Virus record (IMG/VR): IMGVR_UViG_3300005611_000037
Location: 1-53,366 of that record
DNA length: 53,366 nt
Origin: a virus
Taxonomy: Duplodnaviria > Caudoviricetes
Reading direction: 5' to 3' (one strand)
A program made the translations under genes and the position numbers. The notes below the pieces were generated by a model. That model had not been told where the DNA came from and searched no databases. It was given only the letters and a program-made list of their open reading frames with translations. This document shows, piece after piece, positions 25,960 through 33,126 of this stretch (its first letter is position 1; every line of letters begins with the position of its first letter).

Positions 25960-26019
25960 AAGCTCGCACCAATTTTTTACGCCCCAGCCCGCAAATTTTT
26001 ACGCCCCCGCCCGCAGAAA
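25960..26019 (+). repeat. 22-bp tandem repeat related to the 24.7 kb array
   Basis: TTTTTACGCCCCAGCCCGCAAA / TTTTTACGCCCCCGCCCGCAGA, preceded by AAGCTCGCA. Confidence 0.8.
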
Positions 26020-26134
26020 CTTGATCGGTTGCAAAAGTTTTTGCTTTTCGGGGGAAAGAGGGGGGGAATGAGATTAATTACACCTTTTTGTTTTTTATTT
26101 TTATTTTCAATTATTTTTGTGATTTGTAATATGT

Positions 26135-26164
26135 TTGTAAAATAATATACTTTCGGTATATAAT
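26135..26164 (+). promoter_or_regulatory. sigma70-type promoter of the third early unit
   Basis: TTGTAA-18 nt-TATAAT with an AT-rich upstream element. Confidence 0.6.
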
Positions 26165-26196
26165 ACTTATATGTATTTAATTAAGGAGTTAATAAT

Positions 26197-26769
26197 ATGA
26201 ATATAGAACTATCTACCAAAGAGATTGGTTTAATCCTAGATCAATTTGACGAAGACCGAATACCAAAACAAGTTTTAGTTTTGGGTAAGTGTGATTATGG
26301 TAAGCAAGACATTACCATTAGAACGCAAGAGCAAGATTTCTATGACCTGCAAAATAAGTTGACAGAAGCACAAGTTAATCAGATGGCAAAAGATTTAACT
26401 TTGGGTGAGTGCAACAACGACAGTTATGGGAATTGCGATTGCAAAGTATTACCAAAAAATCTTGGTGGTCATAATGATCTAGTAAGAAAAACTTTCAAAT
26501 TGGAAGGACTAGAAGAAACCTTTGATGGCTATCTTGATCTAGCCAATCCATCTTGGAATGGTTGGGCGTTACCTTTATTTCCTAAAAGCGAACGAGATGA
26601 ATTTCTCAAAGCACAAATGATGTATGTTAGCGAAAATTTATGCTCAGAAAATATGGAACTTCTTGAAGACATTATGACAATTAAAGCAAAAACATTTCAA
26701 GACCAAAGATTGTACGACTTGGGTTGTGGTTTGTGTTGGTCAATAGTTGAAGATGAGGGGGAAGAATGA
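26197..26769 (+). CDS. hypothetical early protein
   Basis: AAGGAG RBS; C-terminal WNGWALPLF...GLCW domain. Confidence 0.75.
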   Translation: MNIELSTKEIGLILDQFDEDRIPKQVLVLGKCDYGKQDITIRTQEQDFYDLQNKLTEAQVNQMAKDLTLGECNNDSYGNCDCKVLPKNLGGHNDLVRKTFKLEGLEETFDGYLDLANPSWNGWALPLFPKSERDEFLKAQMMYVSENLCSENMELLEDIMTIKAKTFQDQRLYDLGCGLCWSIVEDEGEE

Positions 26770-27236
26770 GCGATAGTAAAAAAATAGTTTTACCAACTAC
26801 AAAATGGGTTGAACTCTACGCAAGACTTTCGGAATATGTTTTAGAGTATTCATCACTTGACCCAATCTACAATGATGATGGAACTAAAACAGAAGAAAAA
26901 CAAGACGAGTTTTGCGACATTGTAGATGATGTAGAAAACATTTTAAGAATGTTTTTTATCAAAGCAGACGAAACAAACTCATCAAATGATGAAGTAAAAA
27001 CATTTACTTCTAATTCTTGGACAACTTTTGATAGAACTGAAATTTGCTTAGAAGGTATACGATACACCACAACAGAATCTTATTGGTGTCGTGTTGTCGA
27101 AGAAGACTTACCAAAATTAAAAAGCATTTTAGGTAACAGACTTTATGAATGGGCATTAGATGGTGGAAGCCATGTTGAAATCCCAGAAGATGAAGTTTGG
27201 CATCGTCTTCCAAATAATTGGAAGATGAAAACGTAA
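26766..27236 (+). CDS. hypothetical acidic early protein
   Basis: ATGA overlap; GAGGGG RBS. Confidence 0.7.
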   Translation: MSDSKKIVLPTTKWVELYARLSEYVLEYSSLDPIYNDDGTKTEEKQDEFCDIVDDVENILRMFFIKADETNSSNDEVKTFTSNSWTTFDRTEICLEGIRYTTTESYWCRVVEEDLPKLKSILGNRLYEWALDGGSHVEIPEDEVWHRLPNNWKMKT

Positions 27237-27245
27237 GGGGGTTGT

Positions 27246-27473
27246 ATGGGAACTTACAACAGAATGTACTTTGCTTTCCAAGAGAGGAAAGATTACGAGG
27301 AAAAAACCAAGGCTTTCGACTTGGCTTTTGAACAAGGATTTGAATCCGAACAGGAACTTGAATCCAATTACCAAAAGTTTCACAAAGAGCTTTTGGGTTA
27401 CGAAGCTGATGGGGGAGAAATTACTTTCCTATTGAACGACCTAGATTTGTGTGCGTATGATTACGGACACTGA
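27246..27473 (+). CDS. hypothetical acidic protein
   Basis: AGGGGG RBS. Confidence 0.65.
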   Translation: MGTYNRMYFAFQERKDYEEKTKAFDLAFEQGFESEQELESNYQKFHKELLGYEADGGEITFLLNDLDLCAYDYGH

Positions 27474-27562
27474 AACTATGGTTTGGATTATCAATCAATT
27501 GTCCGAGGGGAAAATATCCCCTCAGACTTTTGAACTTTTAACAGGAATTAATACTAAGGAGA

Positions 27563-27877
27563 GTGCCAATGGCAACAAAAAAAGATCTGGATCTATTCAG
27601 AAAAATCAGAAACGAAAATAGATCTTTGCAAAAACAAGTAAAAGAGTTAGAGGGTGAGGGCGCAAGTACCAATCCAATGGCTCGCAAATACGAAGTAACA
27701 GTAGAACACACAGGAAGTTGGGTATCTACTTATGTTGTTTCGGCTTCAACAGAATCAGAAGCTGAAGCAAATTGGGAAGAAGGCAGACTAAAAGAGAACT
27801 ATGCTCACATTGTTGATACGAGTGAAGTTTCTCTATTAGATGTTGTTGAATACAATCCACAAGACTACATCAGCTAA
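27563..27877 (+). CDS. hypothetical protein
   Basis: AAGGAG RBS; start at 27563 or 27569. Confidence 0.6.
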   Translation: MPMATKKDLDLFRKIRNENRSLQKQVKELEGEGASTNPMARKYEVTVEHTGSWVSTYVVSASTESEAEANWEEGRLKENYAHIVDTSEVSLLDVVEYNPQDYIS

Positions 27878-27904
27878 TGTTATTTGAAAGCAAGGAGGTA
27901 ACTA

Positions 27905-28078
27905 ATGAGCATTAAAAAAGTAGAAATAAAATTAGTTGTAGATGTTGATACAACTGATGATTTTATTTGTCCTAGTGGTAATCCCTTAGAACATAACGTT
28001 GTATTAAATACGATAGAAAGTGATTATTTTCTAGAGCCAGTAAGTGTTTTAGAAATTAAGGAAGTAACTAGAAATTGA
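27905..28078 (+). CDS. 57-aa hypothetical protein not in the ORF track (MSIKKVEIKLVVDVD...)
   Basis: Perfect AAGGAGGT RBS; manual translation. Confidence 0.7.
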   Translation: MSIKKVEIKLVVDVDTTDDFICPSGNPLEHNVVLNTIESDYFLEPVSVLEIKEVTRN

Positions 28079-28079
28079 T

Positions 28080-28226
28080 ATGACAATTAACATAATGATC
28101 GCAGTAGCTGTTATAGCTTTCATAACAATCTCTACCCTCTTATGCGTTGTTTTGTTTTTAATCAACGATTCAGTATTGAAATGGCAAAAGAAAAAAATCA
28201 AGGAGATAAACAATGACCAAATTTAA
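28080..28226 (+). CDS. 48-aa single-pass membrane protein not in the ORF track
   Basis: MTINIMIAVAVIAFITISTLLCVVLFLIND followed by a basic tail; AAGGAAG upstream. Confidence 0.6.
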   Translation: MTINIMIAVAVIAFITISTLLCVVLFLINDSVLKWQKKKIKEINNDQI

Positions 28227-28416
28227 ACAAGCTATACGTTATTTCCACGAAGAAAGATTTGATTACGATCCAGCCCAAACTGTTCTTAAAAACTTTAAAG
28301 CATGGTTAACGCCTATGCGTTATGAACGCGAGTACAATGGCGACAAACCAATTACAGATCGGGAAGCTTGGGAAGGTTTTAAAATCAGATACAAAGATGA
28401 AATACAAAGTAGATAA
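28213..28416 (+). CDS. hypothetical protein
   Basis: AAGGAG RBS. Confidence 0.7.
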   Translation: MTKFKQAIRYFHEERFDYDPAQTVLKNFKAWLTPMRYEREYNGDKPITDREAWEGFKIRYKDEIQSR

Positions 28417-28615
28417 ATACATTCCTATGCCAAGGTTTCATTCACCATTTGTTGAAGCTCTCTACAAGCTCAATGTTGGTGAGAGCATAGGCAATCTCAC
28501 ACGCAAGCAAGTCTACAAGCACAGACAAAACTTCTACCGCCCAGACTTTGCCCCGCGTAAGTTTCGTTTCCGCCAAGAAGACAATCGCAGATGGAGAATT
28601 TGGCGCGTTGAATAA
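28397..28615 (+). CDS. small basic putative DNA-binding protein
   Basis: MKYKVDK.IPMP...LNVGES...RIWRVE pattern; start refined to ATG 28397. Confidence 0.7.
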   Translation: MKYKVDKYIPMPRFHSPFVEALYKLNVGESIGNLTRKQVYKHRQNFYRPDFAPRKFRFRQEDNRRWRIWRVE

Positions 28616-28629
28616 TTCTGTGCTACTAT
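28600..28629 (+). promoter_or_regulatory. promoter giving a probable leaderless xseB mRNA
   Basis: TTGGCG-18 nt-TACTAT with TG extension, 6 nt before the ATG; no SD. Confidence 0.5.
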
Positions 28630-28635
28630 CTCGAC

Positions 28636-28833
28636 ATGAGTTTCGAGAGAGGACTATCAGAACTAGAAAATATTGTTGACCAATTGGAAAGCAACTCGAC
28701 AAGTCTAGAAGATGCCATGCAACTATTTGAGAAAGGTACAAAGATCATTAACTTCTGTAACAACGAACTAACCAAAGCAGAAGCCAAGCTCCAAGAACTT
28801 ACTCAGGATCTTCCCCAACAACAGAATCGTTAA
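28636..28833 (+). CDS. xseB: exodeoxyribonuclease VII small subunit
   Basis: SFE.GLSELE.IV..LE.....LEDAM.LFEKG..I...C...L.KAE.KL matches the XseB consensus over its full length. Confidence 0.92.
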   Translation: MSFERGLSELENIVDQLESNSTSLEDAMQLFEKGTKIINFCNNELTKAEAKLQELTQDLPQQQNR

Positions 28834-29305
28834 GATCTCCATTTGACTTGTCCGCAGTTTCATTCATAACCTTGGCTTCAATCACCATTTGATTTTCCTG
28901 CATCAATTCATTCAGACGCAACTCCAACTGTTCCCTAGACATGCTATCAATCTTGTGTATCTTGTACTCCTTCTTATCCACCATGAGTCCGGCAAGCTTA
29001 GCTCGAGCAACTTCAGCAGCCACCGCAGGACCATACGACCCATCATCGACCGCCCGATCTCTGATCTCGGACAACTTGTTCGCAATCTTCTCAAAGGTAA
29101 TCTCATTCTTCTTCCTTTGTATCGCTTTGAGTTCCCTAATGCGTTCGCGCACATACTCGTACCGAGCATCGCTCAACATAACACTAGCTGCCACCCCAGG
29201 ATTGGCATACCCCGCCAAGTGCGCACACTCAGTCTGGGTGTAATCGTGATACACCATAAGATCAACAAACTTCTCTTGCTTTTTTGTCAACTTCGCTTTT
29301 TTCAT
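28799..29305 (-). CDS. terS: terminase small subunit
   Basis: LTKKQEKFV...TECAHLAGY HTH, AVAAEVARAKLAGL.VDK. Confidence 0.75.
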   Translation of the reverse strand: MKKAKLTKKQEKFVDLMVYHDYTQTECAHLAGYANPGVAASVMLSDARYEYVRERIRELKAIQRKKNEITFEKIANKLSEIRDRAVDDGSYGPAVAAEVARAKLAGLMVDKKEYKIHKIDSMSREQLELRLNELMQENQMVIEAKVMNETADKSNGDLNDSVVGEDPE

Positions 29306-29371
29306 TTTTGCATTTTTCCTTTTTTACTTTTTACCATTTTAGCCCAACTCATTCCTAAAGCTTGCGTAAGA

Positions 29372-29591
29372 AAGGGAGTATTTATACTCCTTCCTTTCTC
29401 CCCCTTTAGGGGGTTGCACAACTGCACAACTGCACGTACCGCTAAACATAAGGGTTTCAAGCCACGTTGTGCGCATGTGCAGGCATGTGCAATTGCACAA
29501 CCGCACAACCTAAGAAATCCCATAAGAATGCACCTTTCAGCCCACGTTGTGCAATTTCCATTTTTTCCATTGCACGTTGTATATATATACA
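29372..29591. repeat. iteron-like direct/inverted repeat cluster, candidate replication origin
   Basis: Multiple (T/C)GCACAAC and GTTGTGC copies, CCACGTTGTGC twice, palindromes GTGCAATTGCAC and TGTATATATATACA. Confidence 0.65.
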
Positions 29592-29606
29592 GTAGTCGGC
29601 TATTAT

Positions 29607-30587
29607 TCACTTAATTTCTACCTCGTTAAACATATCGCGTTTGATCAATTTTTGAGCAATCTCAATGTACTCTGGGTTCAGTTCTATCAGTGTACTGTCG
29701 CGCCCAAACTTCTCAGCGACACGCCCTGTTGTGCCTGACCCGCCAAAGGGATCTAAGACTGCACCCCCTGCTCTTGACCCTGCCAATATGCACGGCTCGA
29801 TCAAGTCGGGTGGGTAGGTAGCAAAGTGTGCTTCCTTGACAGGCTTCGTTGTTACCCGCCACACCGAGCGTTTATTGGCTCCTTTGATTTCGCTGTACTC
29901 TCTTCTTTCCATGTTGTGTTTGTTTTTACCACCCAAAGGTCCTGAAGCAGTTCTTGCTCTAGCCATAATAAAACCTTTGTTTGTTTCCTTGATCGGCTCT
30001 CTTATCGCTTCCATATTGCAATAATACTTCGGCTGTTTGCTGAACAAGAAGATGTACTCATGCGCTTTCGTGCAACGATCTTTGACACTCTCAGGCATAG
30101 GGTTAGGCTTGTGCCAGATGATGTCTTGTCTGAGATACCAACCATCGGCTTGCAACGCAAAGGCTACGCGCCAGGGTAAACCCATGAGATCTTTTGCTTT
30201 CAGTCCAGCAGGTATACGTGACTTACCCTTGTACCCAAAGTTGTCGCGCCCAGACGCTTCCCAAGCTCTAGGAGCTATGATGCCTTTTTGGCCTGCTTTT
30301 GGTTTCCATTTGAAATCCTTAGTGCCACCGCGCATGCTTGACATAGCGTAGCTGTCGCCCATGTTGAGCCAGAGTGTGCCATCGTCACGCAAGACGCGCT
30401 TCACTTCGCGCATGACTTCGACTATCTTCTCGACAAAGATGTAGATGTCGTCTTCCAAACCGATCTGCCCATCAACGCCATAATCGCGCAATCCCCAATA
30501 AGGCGGAGAGGTCACACACATATCATAGTGGGTGGGAGAGAATTTGCGCATAACCTCTACACAATCGCCTTGATAAATACTAATCAT
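29607..30587 (-). CDS. DNA N4-cytosine/N6-adenine methyltransferase (beta class)
   Basis: TSPPY, IIWHKPNPMPES, HFATYP, VLDPFGGSGTT; start refined to ATG 30587. Confidence 0.92.
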   Translation of the reverse strand: MISIYQGDCVEVMRKFSPTHYDMCVTSPPYWGLRDYGVDGQIGLEDDIYIFVEKIVEVMREVKRVLRDDGTLWLNMGDSYAMSSMRGGTKDFKWKPKAGQKGIIAPRAWEASGRDNFGYKGKSRIPAGLKAKDLMGLPWRVAFALQADGWYLRQDIIWHKPNPMPESVKDRCTKAHEYIFLFSKQPKYYCNMEAIREPIKETNKGFIMARARTASGPLGGKNKHNMERREYSEIKGANKRSVWRVTTKPVKEAHFATYPPDLIEPCILAGSRAGGAVLDPFGGSGTTGRVAEKFGRDSTLIELNPEYIEIAQKLIKRDMFNEVEIK

Positions 30588-30699
30588 TCTTGTTCTTCTT
30601 TTTGTCTTTGTTCTTCTTGCCGTACACCCGTTCCCAATTAGCGAACCACTCATGCTCGCTAATCTGCCTTGGGCGTTGCTTCGATCCTTTACCGCTCAT
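30580..30699 (-). CDS. 39-aa phage peptide (MSGKGSKQRP...NWERVYG)
   Basis: Manual translation; ATGA overlap; GAGG RBS. Confidence 0.65.
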   Translation of the reverse strand: MSGKGSKQRPRQISEHEWFANWERVYGKKNKDKKKNKND

Positions 30700-30848
30700 T
30701 TGCCTTGTCCTCGATATTTCTTAAAGCTACGTTTGTAACTTTTGTTCATTGTTTTTGTACTAATGTTCCCATTGCCTTGCGAGGTTTTCTTACCACGCAC
30801 TCCACAAGTGGGCGTATGATTATCCGTGTTCGTCCATTTAGTTGCCAT
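30696..30848 (-). CDS. 50-aa basic phage peptide (KKTSQG...KKYRGQGK)
   Basis: Manual translation; GAGG RBS; recognisable YRGQG C-terminus. Confidence 0.7.
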   Translation of the reverse strand: MATKWTNTDNHTPTCGVRGKKTSQGNGNISTKTMNKSYKRSFKKYRGQGK

Positions 30849-30857
30849 ATTTTTTCC

Positions 30858-31076
30858 TCACGATAGTTCTATTTCAATCGACTCCCATATCCAATTTGGT
30901 ATGTATATGTCTATCCTGGGTAACTCTTCTCCACCTGTAGCCAAGTATTCGTCTAGCGCTATTTCAAACAACCTGCGATAGTTTTCCCTATGCAAAAGCT
31001 CACGATTCGATTTACCACGCTTGACTGAGTCTTCGCGCCAACACTTGTCCAATACTTCCTCGGTATATACCACCAT
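30858..31076 (-). CDS. hypothetical protein
   Basis: TAATG coupling. Confidence 0.6.
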   Translation of the reverse strand: MVVYTEEVLDKCWREDSVKRGKSNRELLHRENYRRLFEIALDEYLATGGEELPRIDIYIPNWIWESIEIELS

Positions 31077-32080
31077 TACATATACCCCAATATGTGTTTG
31101 ATAACCTCAACTGTCCAACCATTGCCGAGCATCTTGTATCTTTGAGTATTTGATACGCCTTCTGTGTAGTTGTCTGGCACAGTCTGTAATCTTTCACACT
31201 CTAAAGGTGTCAGCTTGCGCCAATGCAATTCATCTACACTATCCCATTCGTGTCTGTCGTAAGATCCTCGACCACCTGATCTCACTGTCTTGGACTTGTC
31301 TCTGATAGCCGATACTGCTACCTTCGGCTCTCTGTTACCACCGCCCATAGAGTTAAGTGTTGGCGACTTACCCTCTGGGCTATACACTCTTTTGAGTATG
31401 TCGTGTCCGTTGATGTCAGTAGCTATACCAACCTGTTTTGGTTTAAAGACCGCTTGTCTTTTGGCTTTGGTTTTATAAGTTCTTTGCAAGTATTCTGGAC
31501 TACCGCCTTTGTGATAGTTGGCATCAATGCAATAGCTTTTATCTTTGTCTGCTTGGAAATCATCTTCCAATATATCTTTTAAAACTATTCCTCTATCTTC
31601 TGGCTGTTCTATGTTGGGTATGTTAGTCCAATAATATCTCTGTCTTGACTGTGCTGATACCAAAGCACTATTAATAAAGATAGGCTCAACACCAAGCAGA
31701 TCGGTTATCACTTGCAAGTATTCTTTTTTCATCTTGACGTTCTCTAATAAGAAATACTTTGGCTTGATACCTTCAAGCAATCTAACAAACTGAAAGAACA
31801 ATGCAGACCTTGGGTCATCAAACGCCAATTGCTTACCAGCAAAACTAAAACCTTGGCATGGACTGCCACCCATAATTAAATCGACATCTTGAAAGTCTTT
31901 AGGATCTAAGTCACAAACATCACCGACCTGTATTGTGTTGGGATAATTCTTTTGTGTGATCTGCATTGCCCACTTATCTATCTCACTAGCGTAATAAGTA
32001 TCAACCTCTACGCCCAATTGATCGAGAGCAATCTGCCCACAACTCATACCATCAAATAAACTTAATACCTTAATCCCCAT
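31076..32080 (-). CDS. DNA (cytosine-5) methyltransferase
   Basis: LSLFDG, GSPCQGFS, LLENV, QSRQR.YW, RKLTPLECERLQT, YKMLGNG. Confidence 0.95.
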   Translation of the reverse strand: MGIKVLSLFDGMSCGQIALDQLGVEVDTYYASEIDKWAMQITQKNYPNTIQVGDVCDLDPKDFQDVDLIMGGSPCQGFSFAGKQLAFDDPRSALFFQFVRLLEGIKPKYFLLENVKMKKEYLQVITDLLGVEPIFINSALVSAQSRQRYYWTNIPNIEQPEDRGIVLKDILEDDFQADKDKSYCIDANYHKGGSPEYLQRTYKTKAKRQAVFKPKQVGIATDINGHDILKRVYSPEGKSPTLNSMGGGNREPKVAVSAIRDKSKTVRSGGRGSYDRHEWDSVDELHWRKLTPLECERLQTVPDNYTEGVSNTQRYKMLGNGWTVEVIKHILGYM

Positions 32081-32291
32081 GCTTCCTTTTAAACCACATT
32101 CTTGTAGCGTATCTTCTAATGATTGCTAGAACTGTAATCACAAATGTTTGTATTACTGTGATAACAAAAGGGTCATCAGTAAACAACAAACACAAACTCA
32201 AAGTTATGTAAACTGTAGGAAAGTTGATAGCCAAGCCCAGCATAGTATCTGCTATGGATTCTTTCATGGCTTTTTTATCTATCTTAATCAT
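32070..32291 (-). CDS. small two-helix membrane protein
   Basis: ES..DT..G hydrophobic helices and RRY..R.WF terminus. Confidence 0.65.
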   Translation of the reverse strand: MIKIDKKAMKESIADTMLGLAINFPTVYITLSLCLLFTDDPFVITVIQTFVITVLAIIRRYATRMWFKRKHGD

Positions 32292-33126
32292 GACAAGTAC
32301 AATCTCCTAAACCATCATCAAACAATTCAACTTCTGAATTACTTATATCAACTAAGTCAATGTAGGTTGGGCCATCTTTTCTAAAGGTTGCGCCCTTGTG
32401 ATCACCAAACTTTTGTTCTTGTTTAATCCACCAGTCAGCCATGCCAGGATATTTCTTTATCATGTTCTTTCTTGTTTGGCTGGCTTTTAAGAAACACAAA
32501 TCACAGTTACCTTCTGGGGCAACGCCATTGTAATTCTCTAGTTGTAAATCAAATTCTTGGTTACGCCAAAACTCAGCGACATCTTCTTTGGTAACTTCAG
32601 CATCGTACAAAGGCATAATACTTTCCCACCTTTCTCTATCTGCTGATTTCCTAGCCGACATAACTCTTCTTGGCTCATCGTATCTTAGACCAATAACATT
32701 ATCCCAATGATCGTAGCCCATAACCTTTCTCATGAAGTCACGCATTCTTCTGATCTTTAGTTCTGCTGTACAAAATCTAGCCACAGGGTTTGGTAAAAAC
32801 TTTTTACGATCGACCAAAGCTTCAAAGGGTTCACCATTCCTTGATGCAGTTTCATAAGTTACTTCCTTGGTACGATAAACAGGTTTCTCATCAAAGATCT
32901 CCAGCTCCAACCAATGTATCTTGACGCCCCATCTTTTACTGCATTCTTGAACAAAGTCCAAAGTCTGTTCCATTTCTTTGCCTGTATTAGCAAAGGTAAT
33001 GTGAACATCTTCTGGCAAATTAAAATCGTGTGCTTCAAGTATGTGATATAACATGTGACCTGAAGTTCTGCCACCGCTAAAACTAATTAGTGCTGGACCT
33101 TCTATTTTATATGGATTACTTTTCAT
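32284..33126 (-). CDS. PAPS reductase-family (adenine nucleotide alpha hydrolase) protein
   Basis: PP-loop SFSGGRTS, FANTGKE, RFCT.ELK, IGLRYDE..R, GNCDLCF. Confidence 0.88.
   Translation of the reverse strand: MKSNPYKIEGPALISFSGGRTSGHMLYHILEAHDFNLPEDVHITFANTGKEMEQTLDFVQECSKRWGVKIHWLELEIFDEKPVYRTKEVTYETASRNGEPFEALVDRKKFLPNPVARFCTAELKIRRMRDFMRKVMGYDHWDNVIGLRYDEPRRVMSARKSADRERWESIMPLYDAEVTKEDVAEFWRNQEFDLQLENYNGVAPEGNCDLCFLKASQTRKNMIKKYPGMADWWIKQEQKFGDHKGATFRKDGPTYIDLVDISNSEVELFDDGLGDCTCHD

Noticed and set aside
28889-29738. ORFs 28889..29614 (+), 29302..29610 (-) and 29547..29738 (+)
   Set aside because: They overlap terS or the palindromic repeat cluster; the Cys-rich translation simply reflects TGC/GCA repeats
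30588-30653. N-terminal extension of the N4/N6 MTase in the ORF track
   Set aside because: The region is better explained by the coupled 39-aa gene; the MTase domain starts at MISIYQGDC (30587)
32284-33126. cysH auxiliary metabolic gene for sulfur assimilation
   Set aside because: Context among DNA methyltransferases and absence of other cys genes make a metabolic role unsupported
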